Source: Deltaproteobacteria bacterium UBA2409 (GTDB lineage Bacteria > Bdellovibrionota_C > UBA2361 > DDRT01). Taken from it: a DNA stretch of 64,000 nucleotides. The notes under the pieces are model-generated. The model had not been told where the DNA came from, made no database searches, and worked only from the letters and a program-made list of their open reading frames with translations. Below, piece by piece: positions 37,644 to 46,058 of the stretch. The DNA lies in contig DDRT01000001.1 in NCBI GenBank assembly GCA_002343185.1, positions 27,018 through 91,017 on the forward strand, given 5' to 3'. Every line of letters begins with the position of its first letter. Within the stretch, counting starts at the first letter, position 1. The position numbers were made by a program, and so were the translations under genes.

Positions 37644-38537
37644 TTACTCGACCGGTACTAGCCCACCTTTACCATCACAAGGAACTATGAACTCTTTATC
37701 TCCGATTCTCATTGTTCCTGCTTGGCAATCAACAGAGCCAGATTTTTTAGGCGCTGCCCCAGGATCCATAATTTTTCCTTGAGTAACTGAATCAACTTCT
37801 GGTGCTTTATCATCACTTGCATCACGCATAATAAGCCCTAGTCTACCAAGCTGTTTAGCTGTCTGGATCGACAGTGCTTCTTCAGGTGTTACTTCAAGTG
37901 TAATTGTACTTTTTGAAGCAACTCTTATAGCAGCGCCTGCCTGTGGGCGCCCCTGTGTCATATCACCACCAAAAGATAATACTCTTGCATTTGGAACAAG
38001 CACTCTTGTTGCAAGCTGCTTGTCATTCATATAAGTCAAAGTCACATCAACTCTTGTTCCTGGTCTTGCGTACCCTTCAATTGAAGCAGTCTCATCAACT
38101 TCAATTGTAATTGCTCTCATTCCAGGTGTTAAGGGAAGGGAAACCGTAACAGGTTCATTAGATATTGAATTTGTAGTTATAGGAGTGCCTGGCTCAAGAG
38201 CTTCTCTAGCATATTTATCTTTTAGTTGAGCAAGATCTCTTACTGCACCTTCAGGGATCTGATTTCTTGGCCAAACAACTTCCTTAAATCTAACATCCGT
38301 TAACTTTGCTCCAACTCGTACGGGTCTTTCAGGAGCATAAAGTGTTACTGTTGCAGACTCTGGCTGAAGAAGCTTTTGGGTTTCTTCTTTTGGTTTTTCA
38401 TCTTTAGATTTAATTGAAAAAACAGCCCCAACCACCACCAACAAGGATAGAAAAGCACCACCAGCTGCGATTAAAAGAAACTTCTCTCGATCAGAATTTC
38501 CGGAGAACCCACCCTTTTTGTTGAAGTAATCGCTCAT
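37644..38537 (-). CDS. cpaB: Flp pilus assembly protein CpaB/RcpC family
   Basis: N-terminal TM, a SAF-like segment (VRVGAKLTDVRFKEVVWPRNQIPEGAV), and an RcpC-like beta domain (GTRVDVTLTY, ARVLSFGG). Confidence 0.75.
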   Translation of the reverse strand: MSDYFNKKGGFSGNSDREKFLLIAAGGAFLSLLVVVGAVFSIKSKDEKPKEETQKLLQPESATVTLYAPERPVRVGAKLTDVRFKEVVWPRNQIPEGAVRDLAQLKDKYAREALEPGTPITTNSISNEPVTVSLPLTPGMRAITIEVDETASIEGYARPGTRVDVTLTYMNDKQLATRVLVPNARVLSFGGDMTQGRPQAGAAIRVASKSTITLEVTPEEALSIQTAKQLGRLGLIMRDASDDKAPEVDSVTQGKIMDPGAAPKKSGSVDCQAGTMRIGDKEFIVPCDGKGGLVPVE

Positions 38538-38727
38538 AACTCGTCTATCGGTGAAAATACCTAAAAGATTTATACCTTTACACTAGTGTATAGGGTTTTT
38601 TATTAGAGAACGAGCCAAAAAACGATTATTACTGATAGCTTAACCCCTAAAGGAGATAGAAACATTTATCAATAACACTGTTATGGAGGGTGTGTTTCAT
38701 TTTCTTTTATGCCATAAACTAACACTT

Positions 38728-39099
38728 ATGAGACTACTTTTAATCTTCCTCCTTGGATGCTCAGCTTCAGAACCCTTTATAAGTCCACCTCCTAGCTCAT
38801 CAGCTGCTCCAACCACCACAACTTCTGTTCCTATAACTTCAGAGCCCGAGAGTGAGCATGCTGAGATCGTCTGGCGAATCACTGACATTAATGTTGATGG
38901 GTTTATTATTAAATCAGGAACCTCAAAAGATATGATGGTTTCTGAAGTAAGGCTGCTTCTTTCTGATGTCGAGACTCTTTCTGGAAATTACAGATATGTT
39001 CTTAAAGATATTCCTAAAGGAGCTCCTATTTTTGTTTCAATAGCATCGTTCAAAGGTTCAGAAGTTTCACCATTCTCTGAGCCAAAAGAGGTTAGGTAG
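38728..39099 (+). CDS. Small lipoprotein with a beta-sandwich (FN3-like) C-terminal domain
   Basis: Lipobox LLGCSAS at the ATG at 38728 (in frame with ORF-track start 38683), a Pro/Ser/Thr linker, then a beta-rich domain. Confidence 0.5.
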   Translation: MRLLLIFLLGCSASEPFISPPPSSSAAPTTTTSVPITSEPESEHAEIVWRITDINVDGFIIKSGTSKDMMVSEVRLLLSDVETLSGNYRYVLKDIPKGAPIFVSIASFKGSEVSPFSEPKEVR

Positions 39100-40360
39100 T
39101 TTGGCTTTCAATGATTGAAGAGATCTCCCATGCTGGAAGCACGGTAATCTTATGATCATCGATCTTTATTTTCTGCTCTGCATCATCACAGGAAATTATA
39201 TATAAATTTTTGGCATTCAGCTCGTTTGCAGCAGCGATAAGCGCTCTAGTCTCACGAGCTAGTGTGGTCTGCGAGCTTATAGAATAAGCGACCTGAATTA
39301 AGCTAGCCTTACCGGATGATGGAGGAAGATAAAAATCTACTTCGTAGGAAGAATTAGTTTTATATGAGAAAAGTGTTAAATTAGGCACAAATCCTCTTCT
39401 GACTAATTCAATAAAAACAAAGTTCTCTAGAAGCTTGCCATAATCCCTGCCTCCTGAAAGCTGGTGCGCTGAGTAGAATCCATTATCAAAAAGGTAAAAC
39501 TTTTTCTCAGAATTAACCCTCTCTCTTGCTTTATGTGAATAGTTTTCTAGAGCACAAACTAGATAGCCTGACTCTGCCCAGCTTAAGAATTTAGATATAG
39601 TTGAGTGCGATAGTTGATGATTAATCGCTCGCTCTAGGGATCGAATGCTGCATCTTGAAGCCATATTTGTAAGGGCAAGATATAGAAGACTTTTAAGCTC
39701 ACTTACTCTTCTAACTCGATATCTCTGAACTAGATCCTTTAGAATTATAGCATCCCAGAGAGTTTTTAAAAATTCCTTTCCAGAGCTCCTTCCCGTAACT
39801 ACAGTTGGGAAACCGCCTGTTGTTAGAAAATCCATAAAAGAGTCGGACTCAGCACTTTTCTTAGTTGCAAGAATATATTCGGAAAAAGAAAAAGGTAGAA
39901 GTTGAAATTCTTTATATCGCCCCGTTAGAGAGGATGAAAGTTCACTGCTAAGCATCTTTGAGTTAGAGCCTGTGATAATTATATTTTCACCAATTCGATT
40001 GAGTCGATTTACTAACTTCTCCCAGTTAGGGAAAAGTTGAATTTCATCGAAAAGTATAATCTTATAACCCGGGTACACCTCTCTTAGCGCGCCAAGTATT
40101 TTTTCTCCATCATAATCAAACTGTAGTTCCTCATCTTCAAAATTAAAATATGCAGCTTCTGAACCTTTCAAAGCCTGAAGGGCAAGGGTCGATTTTCCAG
40201 CTCTCCGTGGCCCCGATATGACTTTTATACTTGGCTCCCTAAGAGAGGCTCTTATTTTCTGCTCTAAGGATCTCTTTACACTAGCAACGCGCAATATACG
40301 CTCCGCTTCGTTTTTTTGCTTACGAACGATGTTGGCTAGTAATTCATTCATATTGGCCAT
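39092..40360 (-). CDS. AAA-type ATPase (AAA_14/DUF4143 family)
   Basis: Walker A ISGPRRAGKSTL, Walker B ILFDEIQ, and a C-terminal DUF4143-like region ending in a restriction-endonuclease-like YEVDFY segment. Confidence 0.75.
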   Translation of the reverse strand: MANMNELLANIVRKQKNEAERILRVASVKRSLEQKIRASLREPSIKVISGPRRAGKSTLALQALKGSEAAYFNFEDEELQFDYDGEKILGALREVYPGYKIILFDEIQLFPNWEKLVNRLNRIGENIIITGSNSKMLSSELSSSLTGRYKEFQLLPFSFSEYILATKKSAESDSFMDFLTTGGFPTVVTGRSSGKEFLKTLWDAIILKDLVQRYRVRRVSELKSLLYLALTNMASRCSIRSLERAINHQLSHSTISKFLSWAESGYLVCALENYSHKARERVNSEKKFYLFDNGFYSAHQLSGGRDYGKLLENFVFIELVRRGFVPNLTLFSYKTNSSYEVDFYLPPSSGKASLIQVAYSISSQTTLARETRALIAAANELNAKNLYIISCDDAEQKIKIDDHKITVLPAWEISSIIESQTT

Positions 40361-40492
40361 AGTATCAGAGTATGGCTAATACAGCAATTTTATTTTCTGA
40401 CTATCCCCTACACTAACTCATGCCGGGAAAAACAGAGTTAAGGTCTGGTTAAAACCAGACCAGAGGTAAGAAGGTCAGTACGAATATCGTTT

Positions 40493-40750
40493 TCAAACTC
40501 TAAGAAGGTTAGATATCTCTATTAACAATTCATCTAACTCGACATCAAAAGCTGCACCACTTTTTAAGGCTATATCCAGATTTTTGGCTTTAAGTTCAAG
40601 CTCATTGAAACCTAAAAACCCCGCTCCACCTTTTAGTTTATGAACCTTCTCTAAAAGTGTTACTTTTTCAGGATTATTCCGGAATTCCTGCTTTATAGCT
40701 TTTAATTCATTTAAAAAAAGGTGCTTTGCGTGCGCTAATGGGTCATTCAC
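40493..40750 (-). CDS. Stand-alone histidine phosphotransfer (Hpt) domain protein
   Basis: 85 aa with a GTG start and the phosphoacceptor motif VHKLKGGAGFLGF. Confidence 0.65.
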   Translation of the reverse strand: MNDPLAHAKHLFLNELKAIKQEFRNNPEKVTLLEKVHKLKGGAGFLGFNELELKAKNLDIALKSGAAFDVELDELLIEISNLLRV

Positions 40751-40872
40751 GGTATAATATGATAGACGTAGTTCAGTTTTGAGTATAGAAAGATTTAGGG
40801 CTAACGAAGCAATTTCTTCTACGGCGTGTTTTGGCTACGCCAAAGCCACGCTCGCCCTACTATGCTCATAGA

Positions 40873-40900
40873 GTTTTTGAGCTTTAAAAAGCTCAAAAAC
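40873..40900. promoter_or_regulatory. 13-bp-arm inverted repeat in a divergent promoter region (candidate operator)
   Basis: gtttttgagcttt-aa-aaagctcaaaaac, with perfect arms. It lies between the Hpt gene (minus) and the HEAT-like gene (plus). Confidence 0.35.
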
Positions 40901-40966
40901 GAATGAACGCAGGGTTTGATTACCATAATGGCGTAAATGTTAATAATTTTTTAAAGTCTTATTCGT

Positions 40967-41977
40967 ATGAAAAACATCGTTCCAATTATAGTATTTATAT
41001 TAGTAGTCGGTGGAGTTGCGTGGTTTGTAACAAAAGATAAGCCAGAACCAACAACTACCTCACCACAAAAGCAACAAGAAGCAGCAATTGAAATCGACTC
41101 TGAAGACTTAGATCTAGAGCAAGATGAAGAGTTAATAAAACCAGCAACCCAACTTTATCAAACAGTTGATTCCGCTATTGAAGCAGTCAAAAAGGGAGCT
41201 GCTGATTATGATGATGTTGTTCTTGAGCAATTTACACTTCCTGGTGAGGATTGCACCTGGTGTCCAGATTTTTATACACAGATAAGATCAATGATGGCTT
41301 CACCTGATATCTCAGAGGATGAGAGAAGTTATTTTGCAGAGCTCTTGTCTATTTCAGGTCGACCAGAAAACTTGGCTGCACTTTTAAATGCAGCAAGAGG
41401 AGCCGGAAACCCTGATGAGGTCAATGCTTACCTTGAAGCGATTGAGCTAACTGTTGGAAATGAAGAGGTGATATCTTTTCTTGGAAAAGAGGTAGAAAGC
41501 GCAAATGATACAATTAAAGAGTCTATTGTTGCAGCAATTACAAATCAGGGAAGTAGAGCTGCTGCTGAGATACTGATTAAAGAATCTGAGAAAGCTTCAG
41601 ATTCAGATGATTATTATAATAAAGGAATAGGATTAGGAGAGTTTATTCCTGATAGAGAGGCGATCCCTCCACTTCAAGCGATAGTTCAAAAAAGAGACCC
41701 AAAACTTGCTGGTCTTGCTACAAAAGCACTGGCAAACGCTGGACTTGATGGGCTTAGAATCGTTTTTGATGAGCTTGCTGTGGGTAAAGATGAGGCAGCA
41801 GATAGAGAGATGATTAAAGGCTTGATTGATCATGTAAGCTATGATGAAGAAACTGAAAGTTATCTAAATCAGTTAGTGAGTAAGGGCACACCTATTCAAA
41901 AAGAATTAGCTAATTCAATACTAAATGACTTTAAATTGATGGAAGAAGAATTAGCAGAAGATGAAGAGTCGGAATAG
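40967..41977 (+). CDS. Membrane-anchored helical-repeat (HEAT-like) protein
   Basis: N-terminal TM, an acidic linker, then repeated helical hairpins. The assignment is weak. Confidence 0.45.
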   Translation: MKNIVPIIVFILVVGGVAWFVTKDKPEPTTTSPQKQQEAAIEIDSEDLDLEQDEELIKPATQLYQTVDSAIEAVKKGAADYDDVVLEQFTLPGEDCTWCPDFYTQIRSMMASPDISEDERSYFAELLSISGRPENLAALLNAARGAGNPDEVNAYLEAIELTVGNEEVISFLGKEVESANDTIKESIVAAITNQGSRAAAEILIKESEKASDSDDYYNKGIGLGEFIPDREAIPPLQAIVQKRDPKLAGLATKALANAGLDGLRIVFDELAVGKDEAADREMIKGLIDHVSYDEETESYLNQLVSKGTPIQKELANSILNDFKLMEEELAEDEESE

Positions 41978-42005
41978 ATAGTTTAATGAGTCAGGCGAAT
42001 TGTGT

Positions 42006-42017
42006 GGGGGTCAGGCC
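42006..42017. repeat. REP-like family 1 half-site (GGGGGTCAGGCC)
   Basis: Exact 12-mer without the inverted partner, between convergent genes. Confidence 0.5.
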
Positions 42018-42059
42018 TCTCTTAGGGTGCCGCGCCACTACCTACTCCTTAAGTAAAAA

Positions 42060-42641
42060 TTACTGTTTCTTTGGAGCTATTGGCTTTGGAGGTTTAAATT
42101 TGCCACATGCTGGCTTAGCTCCACTTGGCAGATCTACTCCAGCATATCTGCTTGAGTCTAATGCATATTCCTTTGCAAAACGAACTGAGCATGTTGGTCT
42201 AAAAGCATAACACCGAACCCTTTCATTTCTCTTTTTCATTTGCGCAATCAGATAACCAGCCTTCCCGGTTCGATTTGCAAGCTCTAGAGCATTTTTCGGT
42301 AGGTCGTATGTTGCTCTTCCGTTTGGACAGCCTGACCGAGGTATTGCTGTACCTAAGTACTTACCTTTTTTGTTAAATACGGTGAGCTTGGATCCTGCAA
42401 GACCACAGGTCATAGAAAAGTTATAACAGCGATTTTGTCCTTTAGTATATCCAGATACCTTAAGTGGTGCCCCTACTCTACATCGGTTTGAGATAAACCT
42501 TGTATCTGATGGCCTAATGCCTTCCATTCCAGAAAACGGAGTAGCCTTTTTACCACGGCATCTGAACTTTTCAGCTTGTACCGGAACAACGATAGTTAAT
42601 ATTAAAAGTAAAACTCGCATCCTTGGGACTTTAGCAAGCAA
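42060..42641 (-). CDS. Secreted basic Cys-rich hypothetical protein
   Basis: Signal peptide (LLLILTIVVPVQA), about 10 Cys, and a Lys/Pro-rich tail. Last gene of the KAS III operon. Confidence 0.5.
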   Translation of the reverse strand: MLAKVPRMRVLLLILTIVVPVQAEKFRCRGKKATPFSGMEGIRPSDTRFISNRCRVGAPLKVSGYTKGQNRCYNFSMTCGLAGSKLTVFNKKGKYLGTAIPRSGCPNGRATYDLPKNALELANRTGKAGYLIAQMKKRNERVRCYAFRPTCSVRFAKEYALDSSRYAGVDLPSGAKPACGKFKPPKPIAPKKQ

Positions 42642-42676
42642 TCAATAAATGGAAAACTGTCTTTGTAGTAGATCTG

Positions 42677-43447
42677 TTATCTACTTAAGCGTTCAGCATC
42701 CTTTATGTCTTTCTCGATAATCTCTCGGATCTGATAAAGGCCTCTTCTTATCTCTGCAAGCTCGCGAAGTGATTTTGCATTGCCTGCATCAGATCTTAAA
42801 GCATCCAAAGATTTTCCGTTACTTGCTACCGTGTTGGTTGATTTAATCTTTACTGCGCCAGCCATAATCGATCCACCCTTAAATAGAGTGTCTCTCTTTG
42901 AAAGGCGTCCCTTTAGACGATTAATCTCTGTAAGAACAGTTCCACGCAATGAAACAAGTGCGGGAGATACTCCCATTTCTTCTGCATTGCTTATGGCTGG
43001 AGTACGAATCGAGAGCTCTTCTGGGGCTCTCATTGAGGCTCTTAGCGAGGTTATCTCTGACCTTGCTTTAGCTCTCTCTCTTTCTAGTTCTGCTCTTAAT
43101 AGCTCAACCTCTTTTCTAGCCTCAGTTATACTGCTTTCAGCTCTGGAAGCTTCAGATGTGCTTCTTTCTAAAACGTTTCTTACGGCAGCTTGAACTTCAG
43201 CATCACATGAAACAGGCTCAGGACAGGTTAAGGTTGGACAACTTTGCTGAGGACAGCTAGTAGCACCTTTGTCTTCAAGTGCTATTACTTGCTCTGTAAG
43301 CGCATCAACAGTTGTTTCAAGCTCAGCTATGTAATCTATTACCTGATTACCATCAGCATCGGTTCTAAACGCTCTTCCATCAGGAAGACGCCCTCTTTCT
43401 TCAGAGATTACAAAACTTGCTAAGCATAAAATTAATAATACTCTCAT
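42677..43447 (-). CDS. Secreted coiled-coil protein with a CP-x-C cluster
   Basis: The ATG at 43447 overlaps the upstream stop (ATGA). Signal peptide MRVLLILCLASFVIS, a CPQQSCPTLTCPEPVSC cluster, and long coiled coils. Confidence 0.55.
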   Translation of the reverse strand: MRVLLILCLASFVISEERGRLPDGRAFRTDADGNQVIDYIAELETTVDALTEQVIALEDKGATSCPQQSCPTLTCPEPVSCDAEVQAAVRNVLERSTSEASRAESSITEARKEVELLRAELERERAKARSEITSLRASMRAPEELSIRTPAISNAEEMGVSPALVSLRGTVLTEINRLKGRLSKRDTLFKGGSIMAGAVKIKSTNTVASNGKSLDALRSDAGNAKSLRELAEIRRGLYQIREIIEKDIKDAERLSR

Positions 43448-44424
43448 ACACCCTCCATTAGAACTGAACCCCAAGATAACCCTGCACCTACTACAGCCGT
43501 TAACACTCTCATTCCTGGTTTAATATCATCCCATCTCATAGCTAACGAAGCTGGAGCCCCAGCGCCAGCCTGGTTTCCAATACATCTTACGTTATGCCAA
43601 TGATTTTGTTCAGGGATTTTTCTATTAGTTGTTATCTGCTCAAGCATAGTAGCATTTGCCTGGTGTCCAATAAAAACGTCCTTGCTCCAGTCTAAGCCAA
43701 ACTTTTCTTCTGCTCTTTTTATTAATCTTACAGTTTGTCTAACTGAGAAATCTCTAACGGCTCTTCCATCTTGATGGAACCATCCAAATCTGTCGATCAC
43801 TACAGCGTTCGATCTTGTTGGATCGGCATCAAACTCCGAATCGATAATTTTAAGTTTTCCTAAATGCTTTGTTGATAAGATACAAGCAGAAGCACCGTCG
43901 CCCCAAATGGCTCCGTCTGATCTGTCATTATAATTTACAACCTGACTAACAGCACTTGTTGTAATTGCAAGCACATACTCAGGTAACTCTTTAAAACGTT
44001 TTATAAAGTCTATATGAAGTGCAAACACTGGGCAGGCTGTTAAAACCTCAAATGCTGGAATAGAGAGATCTAGGGCTTTAGCAATTCTCTGTGCCTCGGT
44101 TGGGATTATATGATTTGGCCTCACACAATCACAAATAATCATCCCTATCTGGGACGGCGAGATCCCTGCTCTTTCGCACGCCATTGATGTTGCCTTTAGT
44201 GCAAGTTCAGTAGGTGTTGTTGTCGCAACTTTAAGCCCTTCCTCTGGATCCTGATTTCTAGTTTTCTCAATATATGGGATCGGCAAACTAATTACTCGCG
44301 ATTCAATTCCTATTTTTTCAATAATCCACTGAGCATTAGTCCCAATATCTAAGTCTTCTAAAAACTGATTCGAAAGGGCTATATCTGAATGACTAAACCC
44401 TATACCTAAGATCGATAGAGTCAT
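43444..44424 (-). CDS. 3-oxoacyl-ACP synthase III (FabH/KAS III family), catalytic subunit
   Basis: Cys in FEVLTACPVFA, His in IGHQAN, Asn in CIGNQAGAGAP (a Cys-His-Asn triad pattern). Confidence 0.75.
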   Translation of the reverse strand: MTLSILGIGFSHSDIALSNQFLEDLDIGTNAQWIIEKIGIESRVISLPIPYIEKTRNQDPEEGLKVATTTPTELALKATSMACERAGISPSQIGMIICDCVRPNHIIPTEAQRIAKALDLSIPAFEVLTACPVFALHIDFIKRFKELPEYVLAITTSAVSQVVNYNDRSDGAIWGDGASACILSTKHLGKLKIIDSEFDADPTRSNAVVIDRFGWFHQDGRAVRDFSVRQTVRLIKRAEEKFGLDWSKDVFIGHQANATMLEQITTNRKIPEQNHWHNVRCIGNQAGAGAPASLAMRWDDIKPGMRVLTAVVGAGLSWGSVLMEGV

Positions 44425-45272
44425 GAAACCCTCCTTAGTAAAATCATCCCGGTTCCTCCGCCTCCGCTTTTCTCAAGTACTAAAACTTGACTATCAACTG
44501 GTACATCAATTTCAGCCAATGTAACAGCTGAATTAGAGCCGAGAAGCTCCCCATGTTTATGAGAAATGACCTCTCCCCATGATGAAATCTGTTTTTCTAA
44601 AATTGGAGGCGCCACTATTAGCCCATCAAATTTTTGGGGCAGCAAAGGTTCGAATTCTTTTTTTAACTCATCAGAGGTAGGAAGACTTTTTATTTTTATT
44701 GCGCCAAAAAGATCCTGCTCAATTATAAACTTTGAATTGTGATTAAGTGTATACTCAACCTTCTCAACCTTAAATCCCTGTTCTTTATCGGCAGAGATTA
44801 TACAAGCTCCAGCTCCATCTCCAAAAAGATCCTTCTCGGTTCCTTCACTGAAATCAATAACTTGAGTTATAAGATTTGAAGAAACCCAAGCTATTAACGA
44901 TGGAGGATCGCTCCATCTTGTAATAGCAAACAATGAAGCCGAAAGAGCACAACCAATAGCTGTTACATCATAGGAAGGAACCTTTAATCCAAGTCGTCCA
45001 GCCACTCTTTGACCTTCTGATGGGCAGGTTTCCCACGGGGTAGAAGTGTCACCGATTACATAGGTTACTTCTTCTGTGCTAAGCTTTGCTTTCTCTAAAG
45101 CAGCTCTTAATGCAATCTCTCCAATTTCACTTGGAGAATTTACAGCATGCATGAGTGCATTTTTAATAGGAACATTTTTGGTTTCTTTAATATAGGGGAT
45201 AGGCAAGGAGGTAAAACGCTGATCGCCTAGGGGATGATTAGGAAATGCTTTACCAAATCCAAGTATATACAT
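44421..45272 (-). CDS. Short KAS III-like protein (283 aa), probable partner subunit
   Basis: Thiolase-fold similarity (VIGDTSTPWE, YDVTAIGCALSAS, GDGAGACII). It lacks a clear HQAN motif. ATGA overlap with the downstream KAS III gene. Confidence 0.6.
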   Translation of the reverse strand: MYILGFGKAFPNHPLGDQRFTSLPIPYIKETKNVPIKNALMHAVNSPSEIGEIALRAALEKAKLSTEEVTYVIGDTSTPWETCPSEGQRVAGRLGLKVPSYDVTAIGCALSASLFAITRWSDPPSLIAWVSSNLITQVIDFSEGTEKDLFGDGAGACIISADKEQGFKVEKVEYTLNHNSKFIIEQDLFGAIKIKSLPTSDELKKEFEPLLPQKFDGLIVAPPILEKQISSWGEVISHKHGELLGSNSAVTLAEIDVPVDSQVLVLEKSGGGGTGMILLRRVS

Positions 45273-45326
45273 CTTTAGGATAATGCCAGATTTGCAAGAA
45301 TTCTTCCAATTCCTTAGGGTTTAGGG

Positions 45327-46058
45327 GTGAGAAGATGGTTTATCCCTATAACACTCTGCCTTGTTTGCTTTAGGCTTAGCTACTGGCAATGGGAGAGGCA
45401 TCTTGAAAAAGAAGCATTAGTTGGTGTCTTTTCAGCCAGGATTAAAGAAGAGCCAAAAAAGCTCACCACAAACACCCTTCCATTTTCTAGAGCACTAATT
45501 GAGGGTGCGTATGATTTTGAACACGAGGTAGTAGTTAGAAACAGAAGGCTAAATGGGATTGCAGGAGTTTTTCTAATTACACCCCTAAAAACTCAAGATG
45601 GGCTTAATGTTTTAGTAAACCGGGGATTCATACCTCTAATAGCTGATCGCGAGCAGTTTAGAGATAAAAAACAGGTCTCCTTTGTTGGATTAGTAAAGGA
45701 GTCGCAAGGTTCGAGTTGGTTTTCTCTTGCAAGTGGGAAACTTTGGGAAAAAGTTGATGTGGAAGGAATTCAAAAAAATCTTCCCTATGATGTTTTACCT
45801 TTTTTTATTGAAAGACTAGATGATGCTCCAACAGAGTCAATGATTGTTGCTTCAAGCAGCGGCAGAGAGGATATTTTTAATCTTACAAGCGGTCGAACTA
45901 TTAGGGCAGGCACTGAAGACTTATCTTTGTATCCACTTCCCGCATATAGCACCACCGTTCCTGCTGGAAGACATCTTGGATATGTTTATGAGTGGATATT
46001 TATTGGATTACTGATCTTGGCTATTACATGGTTAATGAGTAGGAGATCGGGTTCTTAG
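45327..46058 (+). CDS. SURF1 family cytochrome oxidase assembly protein
   Basis: GTG start. N-terminal TM with the LSYWQWERHLEK motif (WQ..R..WK pattern) and a C-terminal TM. Confidence 0.7.
   Translation: MRRWFIPITLCLVCFRLSYWQWERHLEKEALVGVFSARIKEEPKKLTTNTLPFSRALIEGAYDFEHEVVVRNRRLNGIAGVFLITPLKTQDGLNVLVNRGFIPLIADREQFRDKKQVSFVGLVKESQGSSWFSLASGKLWEKVDVEGIQKNLPYDVLPFFIERLDDAPTESMIVASSSGREDIFNLTSGRTIRAGTEDLSLYPLPAYSTTVPAGRHLGYVYEWIFIGLLILAITWLMSRRSGS

Noticed and set aside
39060-40492. Direct-repeat footprint around the DUF4143 ATPase gene, analogous to the other three modules
   Set aside because: The flanks share only a short, weak similarity (agaggt-a-g). No convincing duplication was found.
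28129-42000. Integron-like cassette array (CALIN) as an explanation for the cassette-scale insertions
   Set aside because: Genes lie on both strands and there is no intI. The bracketing repeats are copies of neighbouring gene ends, not a shared attC-type imperfect palindrome.
41986-42210. 74-aa plus-strand ORF after the HEAT-like gene
   Set aside because: It starts in a REP half-site and is mostly antisense to the signal-peptide-bearing ORF 42060-42641.
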